NCBI GenBank assembly: GCA_026770705.1
Contig: JANJGN010000036.1
Span: forward strand, 3,410,001-3,474,000
Source of the DNA: Isurus oxyrinchus
Lineage: Eukaryota
DNA: 64,000 nucleotides
Reading direction: 5' to 3'
Below are positions 1 through 10,128 of the stretch, one piece after another (the stretch's first letter is position 1; each line of letters begins with the position of its first letter). The position numbers and the translations under genes are program-made. The notes beneath the pieces are model-generated. The model was not told where the DNA came from. It worked only from the letters and a program-made list of their open reading frames with translations, and did not search any database.

Positions 1-693
1 CTGAGGGAGAGAGATCCAGATTTCCACTCCACCTTCCACAGGACCTCTTGCTCCAAAACAAGTGATACTCATGTGACAACTCTGACATGTAGGTTTAAAG
101 TTGGACATAAACAAGAAGGGGCTTTGTAAAAACGAAATGGAGCAATCACGTGTTTTATGAATCACTGCCCGTGTCTTTCTCTTGCTGTGCTCTAATTCAG
201 TAAATGATAGAACACATAATATCTCCGCACTGAGAGCATCTTAACCAAGGACTGATATTGCCAGATTTGCAGAAATTGCAGTTTGAACCAAGAGACATTT
301 AATTATTAATGAATACCAACATCTGGTGCTTCGTTATAATCGAAGAATAATTTATTTTATTTACATACAGACATTTGTCAAGAAATGAACATCCTGTCAG
401 AAACTGGACGAGCATAATCAGCAGGCAAATTGCAGAGAAAATAAGGAATGTTCTTAGTCTTTGCTCAATGTTTCTTTCACACTGAAATTACACGATAGTG
501 GTGGGATATCCTTAATAATATTTAAAACAACTTCCACATTTAACAAAATGAGCCAGTCTTTGCAAGCTCTGGCGAGTGCATGGGGAAAGATAACTGTTTC
601 ATGGGAGCCCCTTTGGCTCCATGTGTATTTCCACAAGGCTTTTCGCAAATCCTGTCAACTGCATAATTGATCAGAGAGAAACAGGCAGGATTC

Positions 694-774
694 TCATCTG
701 CGACCCGTCTTCTTTTTTGATCTTTTTTCCAATGCAGCCAAGTCCATGGACGCGTAGAGAGGTCCGCCTTGTGC
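694..774 (-). pseudogene. Gene A terminal cytoplasmic exon with ITIM-like Tyr motif
   Basis: Phase-0 acceptor ctcccag, then AQGGPLYASMDLAALEKRSKKKTGRR*; paralog 37703-37780. Confidence 0.75.
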
Positions 775-804
775 CTGGGAGACATATTAAACGTTAACAG
801 CGAA

Positions 805-1062
805 ACGTTTCTAAACGATTTCACCCAGAGGGTGGTGGGAATTTGGAACTCACTGTCTGAAAGGGTGGTAGATGCAGAATCCCTTAAATAACATTTAAGG
901 AGTATTTGGAAATGCAATTGCGATGCCATGGTATACAAAGCTATGGGCCAAGCACCAGGAAAATGAGAGTAGAATAGTGAGGTACTTGTTTGACCGGCAC
1001 AGACTCGATGGGTGGAAGGGTCTTTTTCTGTGCTGTAGACCCCTATGATTCTCTGACTATGA
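805..1062 (+). mobile_element. CR1-type LINE 3' fragment in the last intron of gene A
   Basis: Resembles the LINE 3' end at 29350-29600 (tttcacccagagggtggtggga..tggaactc..ctatgattct tail); absent at the equivalent position in gene B. Confidence 0.6.
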
Positions 1063-2637
1063 ATCTCTGAGATAGGCAATATTACCCACTCCAGTAGCCG
1101 CGTTTCACACAATTATAGAATGATACAGCACAGAAAGTGTCCGTTGAGCCCATTGTGTCTATGCCAACTCTTTGAAAGAGCTATGCAGTTAGACCTTCTC
1201 TGCCCCCATATCACCGCTATTATTTTCCCCTTCCAATATTTTTCTAATCCCTTCTTGAGGTTTGCTGTTGGATCGGTTTCCATTGCCCTGTATATCAATT
1301 TGAGGAATGTTTTGTTTCATTTGTATGTCAAAAAAGTGTCTGAATTGATGTTTTGAGACCGAGCAACAGAATTTGTAAAGCAACTGGAACTGACCAAAGT
1401 TTAATCATAAAACTGGGGTGATGAGTCTTTCAATTTGATTGGATTATTTTGTTGAATTCGATTATTGTGTTTCGGCGTGTGCCATCTGCACAATTGAGTA
1501 GAGGCCACAGAATTCATCACATTGAGAAGTATGACGCAATACAATCAAAAAACGTGCGTTAATATAGCGCCTGCCATGAACGAAGAAGCCTCAGAACATT
1601 CGCATCCACTTTTTTGAAATGTGGTCTCTGTTCTTAATGCAAGACGGCAGCGAATCTAAGCACAGTAAGATCCCATAAACAACAATGAATTGATGAGCTA
1701 GATAATTTATTTTTTTAAGATGCTGATTCAAAGATGAAATATGAAACCCGACACCAGAGAGAACCCCTCAACCCGGCACCTACCATCCTCCCAACACTCC
1801 ACCACTGTTCTTCTTGCAATAATGGCGGTTATCATAGAGTCATAGAAGTCAGCAACACAGAAAATGCCCTTCGGCACATCGAGTCTGTGCCGGTCAAACA
1901 AGCACCTAACTATTCTAATCCCATTTTCTAGCACTAGGCCCATGGCCTTGCATGCCACGCACTATATTTTATCCCGATCTGAGAGGGCGGACAGGTCCTC
2001 GTTTTAACGATTCATGTGAAATCGGCACCTCCGAAAGTGCAGCACGCGCTTTGGAGTTCAGTGCAGACTCTTTGCTAAGCCTCTGTACACAGACGTACGC
2101 ACACATACACACATACACACGTGAACACACACACACACACAAACACAAAACTTCTGCTCAAACTGATTCCTTCTTAGTCCAATTACAACAGCAACACATT
2201 TTGATTTATCGACAAAACCCCTGTGGGTTTGGCCTATCTTCCCTGTAATTCCAATCAGCAATGTATTTTAGTAATTTGTTTCAGTCGGAGGAGGGACAAA
2301 GATGGGAGTTGAGTGAGGGGGATAAGAGTCACTGTAGAGATAAAAGAAAATAGCAGAAATCTGAAAAAAGAACTGCTGGAAATCCGCCGTTAACCTGATG
2401 GGGACATTCGACTCGGAAATGTATCCTGTCCTTTCTATTATCAGATGGAATGAGGGACTGGGGGATATTTTCTGATTCCATTTAGAGGGGCGAGTGGGAT
2501 TTTATACAAATTCAGATGCTCCGGACTGTGACTTGCTCTCTGGTAAACGCGTGGAATACACAGCTTGGGAAGCCTTGTACCTTATCATCAAAAAACAAGT
2601 TTCTGTCTGTTATTACAACGATTTGAAAAGCACTCAC

Positions 2638-2687
2638 CTGTATTGCATCCCGATGAGGCCGCTTTGCCTCTGTTTGACGGTGGTCAT
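2638..2687 (-). pseudogene. Gene A cytoplasmic exon 1
   Basis: 50 nt, DDHRQTEAKRPHRDAIQ, cag/gtgagt; paralog 38912-38961 (GDHRQTEGKRPHREAIQ). Confidence 0.75.
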
Positions 2688-3488
2688 CTGTGTTATTAGT
2701 GGGTAAGCTATAAATTAAAATATTATCCCAGCCTGGTTAATACATAATTATTACAGATAAACCATGTGCCAATGATCCGCCAATGTACCAATGGACCCAA
2801 TTCGTCAATGGCCCCATTATGTCACCAGGCCCTAAATCCACAGAAGGTCCCTCAATACTTCAGTGGAGTGAAAATCGCTAACGGATGGACAAACACTATC
2901 TAGTCACTGCAGCCTGTTTTCCAACTGGTATATTGTTGCTACTATTATTAACCACTAATTGGCATTTTCAGTGCGACCCACAGACAGCATTATGATTCTG
3001 GAATTTGATGGCGGGTAATGCTCTTATGCATCTTTCCAATTCCACCCACTTGACATTTAATCTGTGCCAACATTTCAATGCAACTTACCCGTTTGTCGCT
3101 CATTCCGTCTCTCTCTTTGCTTTCCTTCTCTCTCTCAAGTTAAACCTGGATGCGAACAAAAACTTCCAGCACGTGTTATGTTTTATGAGCCCTGGCGCAG
3201 AAGGAAATTGTCGAGCGGTGTTTGCATTAATCTTAAAAGCTCATGGAAAATGGCAGAATATATCACGGGAATCAATGCTAGGGTTCAACTGTGCTGGACA
3301 CAATATTAAATATAGACAGGGATTTTGCCATGAAGTATTCAAATGGCTCAGTTACTCACTTTTCATTGTGGGATTTCTTGACTCGTTTTTCTGAAAGAAG
3401 AAAGTAAATTAGCAGTTCAAAACTACATGCAGGGAGTCACATTGGACAACCAACTATGAAAATGCACCTGATAAATATTAATCCTCAC

Positions 3489-3590
3489 CTGATCTACCGC
3501 TTTTAGGAATCCAAACAGAAATAAGGACCAAGAGTAGAACCAGTATCACCAGGACGGTTCTAGTAACATGGAGAGCCGGTCTGCACAATC
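3489..3590 (-). pseudogene. Gene A stalk/transmembrane exon
   Basis: GLCRPALHVTRTVLVILVLLLVLISVWIPKSGRS; flanked by ctag and gtgagg; paralogs at 42157-42257 and 22648-22749. Confidence 0.85.
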
Positions 3591-4610
3591 CTAGAGGGAC
3601 GAAACAGTTAGAAACTGCTGATTGGTCAAATGTTTTTTTTTTTCTCTGGGACTCTGTGATGGGAAACGTGATAAAAAAGAAAGACCGGAAGATTGCGCCA
3701 GTGCAGTCTCTTTCAAAGAGGTGACCAATTAGTCCTATTCTCTCTGCTCTTCCTGCAATATCCCTGAAAAATTCTCTCCATCCGATTCCCCATTTTCAAA
3801 TTTCCCTTTGAATCTGCTTCCACGGCCCTTTTGGGCAGAGTTCCAGCTAACAACCCGCTTAGTTAAAGAAAAATCTCCTCATCTTCTCTGGCTATTCCCC
3901 CGATTCTCTTCAACCTGGGTCCCTCTGGTTACCGACCGTCTTGCCCAGTGGAAACAGCTTCTCCTTATTTACCCCATCGAAACCCTTCATGATTTTGAAC
4001 GTCGCAGTTAAATTTCCCCCTAAACCACCTCTGCTCTAAGGAGAAAAATCCCAGATTCTACACTCTCTCCACAATAACTGAAGTCCTTCATCCCTGGTCC
4101 CATTCTGGTAAATCTGCTGTACGCCCTCGCCAAAGGATTCTTAGCTGTTTCTTGCTTGTAAAGCGCATCTAGTGTGGAACTGACCTCAATATTATTCCAA
4201 GATCCACTGCCTAAAGTGGGCGGTGGATGTAGATTCAAAAATAACTTTCAGAAGTGGAATCACGTTCTACCTTGACGAGGAAAATGTGTCAGTGTTGCGG
4301 GGAAAGGGTGGATCCAATGGGTTAACTCTTACAAGGAGATAGCTTAGGCACGATGGGCCAAAATTCCTCTTTCCGCGTCCATCGTTCTAGGATTCTACGA
4401 TGTGAAGGGGAAATATAAGAATAGTCCAGAAATTGTTTACGAGAAGAAGTCTATACCAGGGGCAAAGGTACCCCAAGCTTATTTTAACATATTTATAAGA
4501 TGTATATTTATAGTTAAAATAACATCCTGCAGGTTCTCAAAAGCTAATTATTTTCTCCAATTGACTCATAAGTCGCTTAAAAACCGCCATTGAACAGATT
4601 GCCCACTCAC

Positions 4611-4940
4611 CTGTCCCTGCCTCTGCTCGTTTGGAGAACGACACGCTTTTTGTCCAATATTTGTTTCGAGACCCCAGTTGAACGATACAGATACAGACGC
4701 CACCACTTCTTCAGGTGTCCCTCAACACCATGACGTGACTTCTGATACTGTAAGTCCTGTCCGCTTCCATTGTACCGGGATCGCTCTGTCCCTCGGTGAT
4801 CAATCCGGAAATATTCCAGAAAATGGAAATCTGGTTGGAAGAAACTCCACTGACCAAACACACTAAGGGGACGGTTTCCCTCAAATGCAGCTCACCCGGC
4901 GGGACAAACACCAGCACAGTCGTATTGTTGGTGGAACTGT
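4611..4940 (-). pseudogene. Gene A Ig C1-type exon
   Basis: DSSTNNTTVLVFVPP..VPLVCLVSG..IFWN..DRTYSIRSHVMV..T*RSGGVCICIV..TKSVS. C1-set pattern (LxCLVSG, W, TYS, W-x-x-G-x-x-x-x-C) with the late Trp mutated to TGA. Confidence 0.9.
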
Positions 4941-5022
4941 CTGGACAGAGATTGGAGCACAGTTAACAATTAATTTGCACCAAATGTTAAAGTTGTGCAC
5001 CACCTGAATTTATTTCACTTAC

Positions 5023-5355
5023 CTCCAACCAGTAGTATGGGTCCATTGTGCAGCGCTGCATATTTACCTCTACGAGCACAGGAGTAGGAATCCGAGTCAT
5101 TCACGTGGACATTGCGAATTTCCAGAATCAACACATTTTCGCTGTTACCTTTTTAAGAAATAAACACACAATCGGCTCCCTGACAGGACTGGCTGTCGAT
5201 TAGTTTCTGGGCTTCACCCACACGCTGTTTGTACCAGAAATAGCTGGACACCAATCCCACTTCGTCACCGTAGTGACAGGCTAATTCCACCGTCTCTCCG
5301 ACATCAGCTGTCATTATGATGGAACTCTGAGGCAAACGGGACTCGGATTCTGTAA
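5023..5355 (-). pseudogene. Gene A Ig V(J)-type exon
   Basis: VTESESRLPQSS..GETVELACH..YFWYKQRVGEAQKLI..SCQGADC..IS*KGNSENVLILEIRNVHVNDSDSYSCARRGKYAALHNGPILLVG. B-strand Cys, WYxQ, DSxxYxC and a J-like G strand are in one exon. Confidence 0.9.
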
Positions 5356-5626
5356 CTAGAGACATTATTGTTAGAGTACAATTGGTTATTGGGGGATTGA
5401 AAGCAGCCGCTTCGAAAGACTTCGCCTATAATTTTACAACGCTTACATGAATGGCTTTAATTTTTCGCGCTTAGATTTATTCTCCAATTTGATTCCTTCT
5501 ATTTTTCGGGGAAACCAGTAAAGAAACTCACATGATCAGGTGAAATGCATGCACTTCGTCACTGGGTCACGTTTTCAGTTTCTTAAATCCTGATTCTGGC
5601 TGAGTTCCCACCCGCCTCTTACTCAC

Positions 5627-5681
5627 CATAAAACCTCAGCACTTGGAAAATGAGCATCACAAATAAAGATTCCTTAAACAT
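5627..5681 (-). pseudogene. Gene A leader (signal peptide) exon
   Basis: ATG at 5681, 18 codons + 1 nt, then gtgagt; hydrophobic; near-identical paralogous exon at 44613-44667. Confidence 0.85.
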
Positions 5682-5744
5682 CTTGACGCGGTGAGTTCTC
5701 CCTGTTTTCGCTCTTACTAGTTTTTTTTACTGCAGACGGAGTGG

Positions 5745-5905
5745 ACGCTGACTGACCTGAGCTCAGCCACAGTGAGCTGCTCCCCTTTCAGATGCGGTGG
5801 AAACGATGACGAGCTATGCTATGGAAAATGTGACGCCATTTTGGGTCAGGCGTCCTGGTGAATGCCACATGCGTTTGACTTATTGTGTTCACCATCTGTG
5901 CCTCA
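5745..5905 (-). promoter_or_regulatory. Conserved proximal promoter of type 1 gene A
   Basis: Block conserved with 44725-44890 upstream of gene B, including ctcccctttCAGATGCGGTGGAAA..TGACGAG..TGGAAA..CATCTG. Confidence 0.55.
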
Positions 5906-6390
5906 CTGAATGTTTATAAATAAATTTACTGGGATGTCGTTCAGAAGGGGTGAGATAATAATAATTGTATAGATGAATGCTGAAAAATGCAGTTAAAGTT
6001 TAATTCTAGTTTAACCATCCCGAGTTGTCATTGATCCAGTTTGAAAAACCTCTGTCAGCTCGCTCCTAGTCTTGTCTTTAAAGAAAAGAGACCTAGGCTG
6101 TTCAGTTAGTCGTGATAGTTATAACCTCTCAGCTCCTGTAACAGGCTTCTCAACATTTTATAAATTCGAGTCCAAATATTTGCAGTGAGTCCATGTGTGG
6201 TCTGAACAAGGTAATAGAAACGAACAAAACTTCTTTGTTTTCAATTATATTCCTGGCCCCGAAGCTGATTTGCTTTTTGTCCAGATAAGATCACAGGCAA
6301 ATGCACCAACGGGAACTTCCTATAGAATTTTTCACAGAACGAATGAACCAACCATTTGATCCGCGTCAGAATCAGTCCAGGACCTGAGGC

Positions 6391-6610
6391 CAAGATAAAA
6401 GCAAAATACTGCGGATGCTGGAACTCTGAATTAAAAACAGAAAATGCTGGAAAAGCTCAGCAGGAAGATTCGGAAGGAGGGTCACACGGAGTGGAAACGT
6501 CCGGTCTGTTTCTGTTTCTGTTTCTGACCAGATGAGCCTTTCCAGCATTTTCTGATTTTAGAGATGCCGCGAGACCTGCTGAGTTTTTCCAGCATTTTCT
6601 ATTTTTATTT
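6391..6610. mobile_element. Short non-autonomous insertion made of inverted Penelope-like termini, with ~14-bp target-site duplication
   Basis: agaaaatgctggaaaagctcagcagg ... cctgctgagtttttccagcattttct form inverted arms; flanked by caggacctgaggcc (6377-6390) and cagaacctgaggcc (6611-6624). Confidence 0.65.
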
Positions 6611-7104
6611 CAGAACCTGAGGCCTCTGTTTACCGGTTTTGAATTTAGATCCTGAACGGGGATCACACTCCCGCATTCTGCTGTTGAGTGAGCGGCTTCA
6701 CTGTAAATAACCCGGGTAGAACAGGCTCACGTAACCAGCGGCAATAACAGTGGACATGATTTTTAAAAAGCACCACAATAAGGGAGCGTTGTTAAACCCC
6801 GAATATATAAGGAGATTTTTCCCTGTCTGCCATCTGTTCGTAACCTCGGGAATAAAGATTTCCGACGGGATGTCCCAACGGAACGTTGCAGATTTTCCAA
6901 AAGATCTGCCTTAGGGTTTAATGAAAACTAATTCTCAGCCGAAATTCAGCGCAAGGAGGGCAGAGAGAATCTGCGGGAATCGGTAATGAGAAAATCATTT
7001 AGAGCAGTGAAACTGAAGGACAGTGGGTGAAAAGTTTATCAGAAACGCATATAAAAACACACCTTGCTTTATCTTTTGCTGAAGGCAGCAGTCTACTAAT
7101 TTAT

Positions 7105-7450
7105 TTGTATCCATTCATGGGATGTGAGTGTCGCGGGATAGGGCAGCGTTTATTGCCCGTACCTAGTTGCCCCTTGAGAAGGTGGTGAGCAGCTTTCTTG
7201 AACCGCTGCAGTCCCTGTGGTGTCGGGGGACCCACAGTGCTGTCAGGAAAGGAGTTCCAGGATTCTGATCCAGAGATGGTGAAGGGACAGCGACGTAGTT
7301 CAAAGTCAGGATAGAGTTTGTCTTGCGGGATAATTGGAGTTGGTGGTGCTCACTTGCCCCCTCTCCCATTTCTCTTCCGGGTGCTGGCAAACTTAGCGAT
7401 TAGTTGCAGTGCTGCCTTTGTATGGATAGTACAAATGGCAATCTCTCTGA
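7105..7450. repeat. Interspersed retroposon-derived repeat (family also at ~11400-11790, 17270-17570, 19560-19630, 45035-45340)
   Basis: Shared core gcatttattgcccatccct..gcccttgagaaggtggtg..cttcttgaaccgctgcagtcc..cccacagtgctgttagggagggagttccaggat. Confidence 0.6.
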
Positions 7451-9785
7451 GTCTCTGATGAAGGCAGTGCATCAATTGCGAATAATATTGGGGATCAGTT
7501 TTTTTAATCACATCCCGGCATCGCAGATAAACAGTGACCCGGTGTCAGGTCGGTGAGGATACTGTAAATGAGCTGAATGTATACCAGACTGTTCTCTGTT
7601 CAGTTGAATCTACCCTGGACGGGCAAGAACACTTCTGTCTGCGGTTTAACATTAAGTCAAATGCAGGCGGTTCTGTACATGAAGCGCCTCAACTGTAAAA
7701 ACAATAAAAACACCAAGAGCGAGACGCCTTTCTGAGACTCGCAGTAAACAGCCGCGGTCACAGCCAATGCGCCTCTTTGCTGCCCAGCCTGACAAGGTTC
7801 TGCAAGGTTCACTGATTCTATTCTTTGTTATCCAAGTTCAAGCATTTCAGCAGAACAGTTCAGACACTCAGTAAGGAGCAACACTGTCTGCTCATTTCAG
7901 AACACATTCTTACAGTAATTCATTCTACCATGTTAGTCACATTTGGATGAATGTATCTCCCTCTTCTCTCCCAGCTTCCGTTCCTAGGCATTCTCCTGAA
8001 GATTCCCTGCCATGGGTTCCTATGGAGTCATGCAGAGAATTTGCAGCATGGATTTGCTGTTTTGACTTTATAATTGGCTCAAGTTTCCCATGAGGGAGTC
8101 CCATGAAAGAATGATTTGACGCAGCAGTAGTTTCTAATTAATTGGTTTCGGTTGGGATGGTGCATTTTGATCCATTGCTTTAACCGTCACCATCATCCGG
8201 GTTCTATTCGTCATCCTGATTTTGAATTGAATCAGTAAAGCAGTTGATCGAGTGAGTATTGTTCTTTAACAGGGACATTTTAATAAGCGTTTCTTTAATG
8301 TTCATCGCTTTTAAATATTACACTGGCTTGAATCTGAAAGCCGATTGATCATCTCCCACAAAGAAAATCAACTAGCTGAACCTATTTGTAAAGTCCTTCA
8401 GCAACAATTTTGTTTTATTTAACACTGAGTCTCAACCAGTTCAACGCAAACACCTATTTGCATGGTAAAGATATTTTAATATTTTCCACATTCTATTCAG
8501 TTTGATTCTGAGATCAATGGACAATTCATATTTCAAAATGTTTTCAAATGTTCCAAGATGAAAAGATCAGAAGAAATCGGAGCATGAGTAGGCCCTCGAT
8601 CCTGCTCTGCAATTCACTACGTTTTCGGCTAATCTGATTTTGGGCTCAGGGGCGCTTTCGTGTCCATCATCCTAGATTCCCTTGTCAACCAGAAATCCAC
8701 CCAATTCTGCCTTGAATATATGCAATGGCCTAGGATCCAGTGCTCTCTGGGGAAGCGAATTCCAATAAACTAACGACCAACCGAGAGAAGAAATTTTTCC
8801 GCATCTCCTTCTTAAATGGAAGATCTCTTGTTCTGAAACTCTGCCCCGAGTTCTTCATCCTCCCACGAGCTAATACATCTTCTCAGCATCGACTGTGTGA
8901 AGCATCGGCAGAACTTTGCGTTTCAATCAGTTCATCTCTCATTCTTAGATTTACACCCATAAATGCTTGTTTGATATTTTTGCCTGCTTATAGTTTTAGA
9001 TTGCAAAGAATATTTCTCCCGATTAACAGAGGTTATTAGGAGTCTGTAATGATCATCTTCATTTGTATCCCAATACCTATTTTCGTTCTATCTGGAATCT
9101 CTCTGTCTCCTAAAAATAGAAACATAACTTAAGGCTTATGGAGCAAAGCCTTATCCAGGAATGCATTTGGCTGCATTCACATCACCACCAGTAGGAAGGC
9201 GGGAAAGGTGGGAGAACTCAAAACGATCCTATCAGCTTTCCAAGGGATTGACTGTTGGCCGGATCCCTAATGTAACAGTCAGTGCAAAACATTGGAGACT
9301 CTCAAGCAATAACAAAACTATCATAAACAGGGCTGGTTAAGACAATTTAAATTCATTTGGGTGGAGAGAGAGATGCGATTAACTACCATGGGTGAGGTGT
9401 TTGTGTGTGGCGGGGTTTCAGCGGGATGAGGGGTAGTGGATATGGGGGTGGGTGGCGTTGGTGAGGTCCAGGGCAAAGGGTCATTAACTTCACATTAGGG
9501 CAGGCCATCCAAGGGCGATGTCCAGAAGCAAGACACACCCAACCCAAAGAAGTGGCTGCCGGGACTTTAGGTTGCTATTCGCCACTGAAAACATGATGTA
9601 TGATGACGGCTCAGGCACGTGAAGCCCTCTGAAATTGTAGGGTAATTGGTGATTAACACAGATAATATTTAACAAAAATCATACACTACACAGACACCTT
9701 CACATTGAGCAGTGTCCCTCCACTGGATACTTTCGGAAAACCTCTCTCCCTATCACTCATAGACGCACTCCCATCATGCGGAGCC

Positions 9786-10128
9786 TCCCTCACTTGTACA
9801 GGTACATTATCCTGCATGTGTGAATTGCTAACTGTTAAAGATAAACAGGACATGGTGATCCACTAGTTCTCCCTCACTTGTACAGGTACCATTATCCTGA
9901 ATGTGTGAATTGCTAAACCCTACAGATATACAGGGCACAGTGGTCCACTCTATATCCCTCGCCGTACAGGTACATTATCCTGCATGTGTGAATTGCTAAC
10001 TCTTAGGGACATGCAGGACACAGTGATCGTCTCAGTATCCCTCAGTTGTACAGGTACCTTATCCTGTCTGTGTGAATTCCTAACTCTTACAGATATAAAG
10101 GACACAGTGATCCTCTCTATATCCCTCG
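9786..10128. repeat. Minisatellite, ~83-86 bp unit x4
   Basis: Unit tccctcacttgtacaggtacattatcctgcatgtgtgaattgctaac..aggacacagtgatc starts at ~9786, 9869, 9955, 10038. Confidence 0.85.

Larger units (their letters stand above)
694..5681 (-). pseudogene. Gene A: non-rearranging VJ-C1-TM immune receptor, type 1; complete 6-exon structure with two in-frame stops
   Basis: Exons 5627-5681 (leader MFKESLFVMLIFQVLRFY), 5023-5355 (V), 4611-4940 (C1), 3489-3590 (TM), 2638-2687, 694-774. All introns are GT-AG with compatible phases (1,1,1,1,0). Premature TAA at 5153-5155 and TGA at 4711-4713. Confidence 0.9.

Noticed and set aside
540-1112. 190-aa ORF on the minus strand
   Set aside because: Chance read-through of a LINE fragment and the gene A terminal exon in a different frame.
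5023-5355. VNAR-like CDR2 deletion in type 1 V
   Set aside because: Trp-to-second-Cys spacing is 52 residues, like light-chain V domains rather than shortened.
5768-5774. CACAGTG heptamer upstream of gene A (also inside the repeats at ~7232, 17400, 45133)
   Set aside because: No nonamer at 12 or 23 bp, not adjacent to a V or J coding end, and not conserved in gene B (cccagtg); not an RSS.
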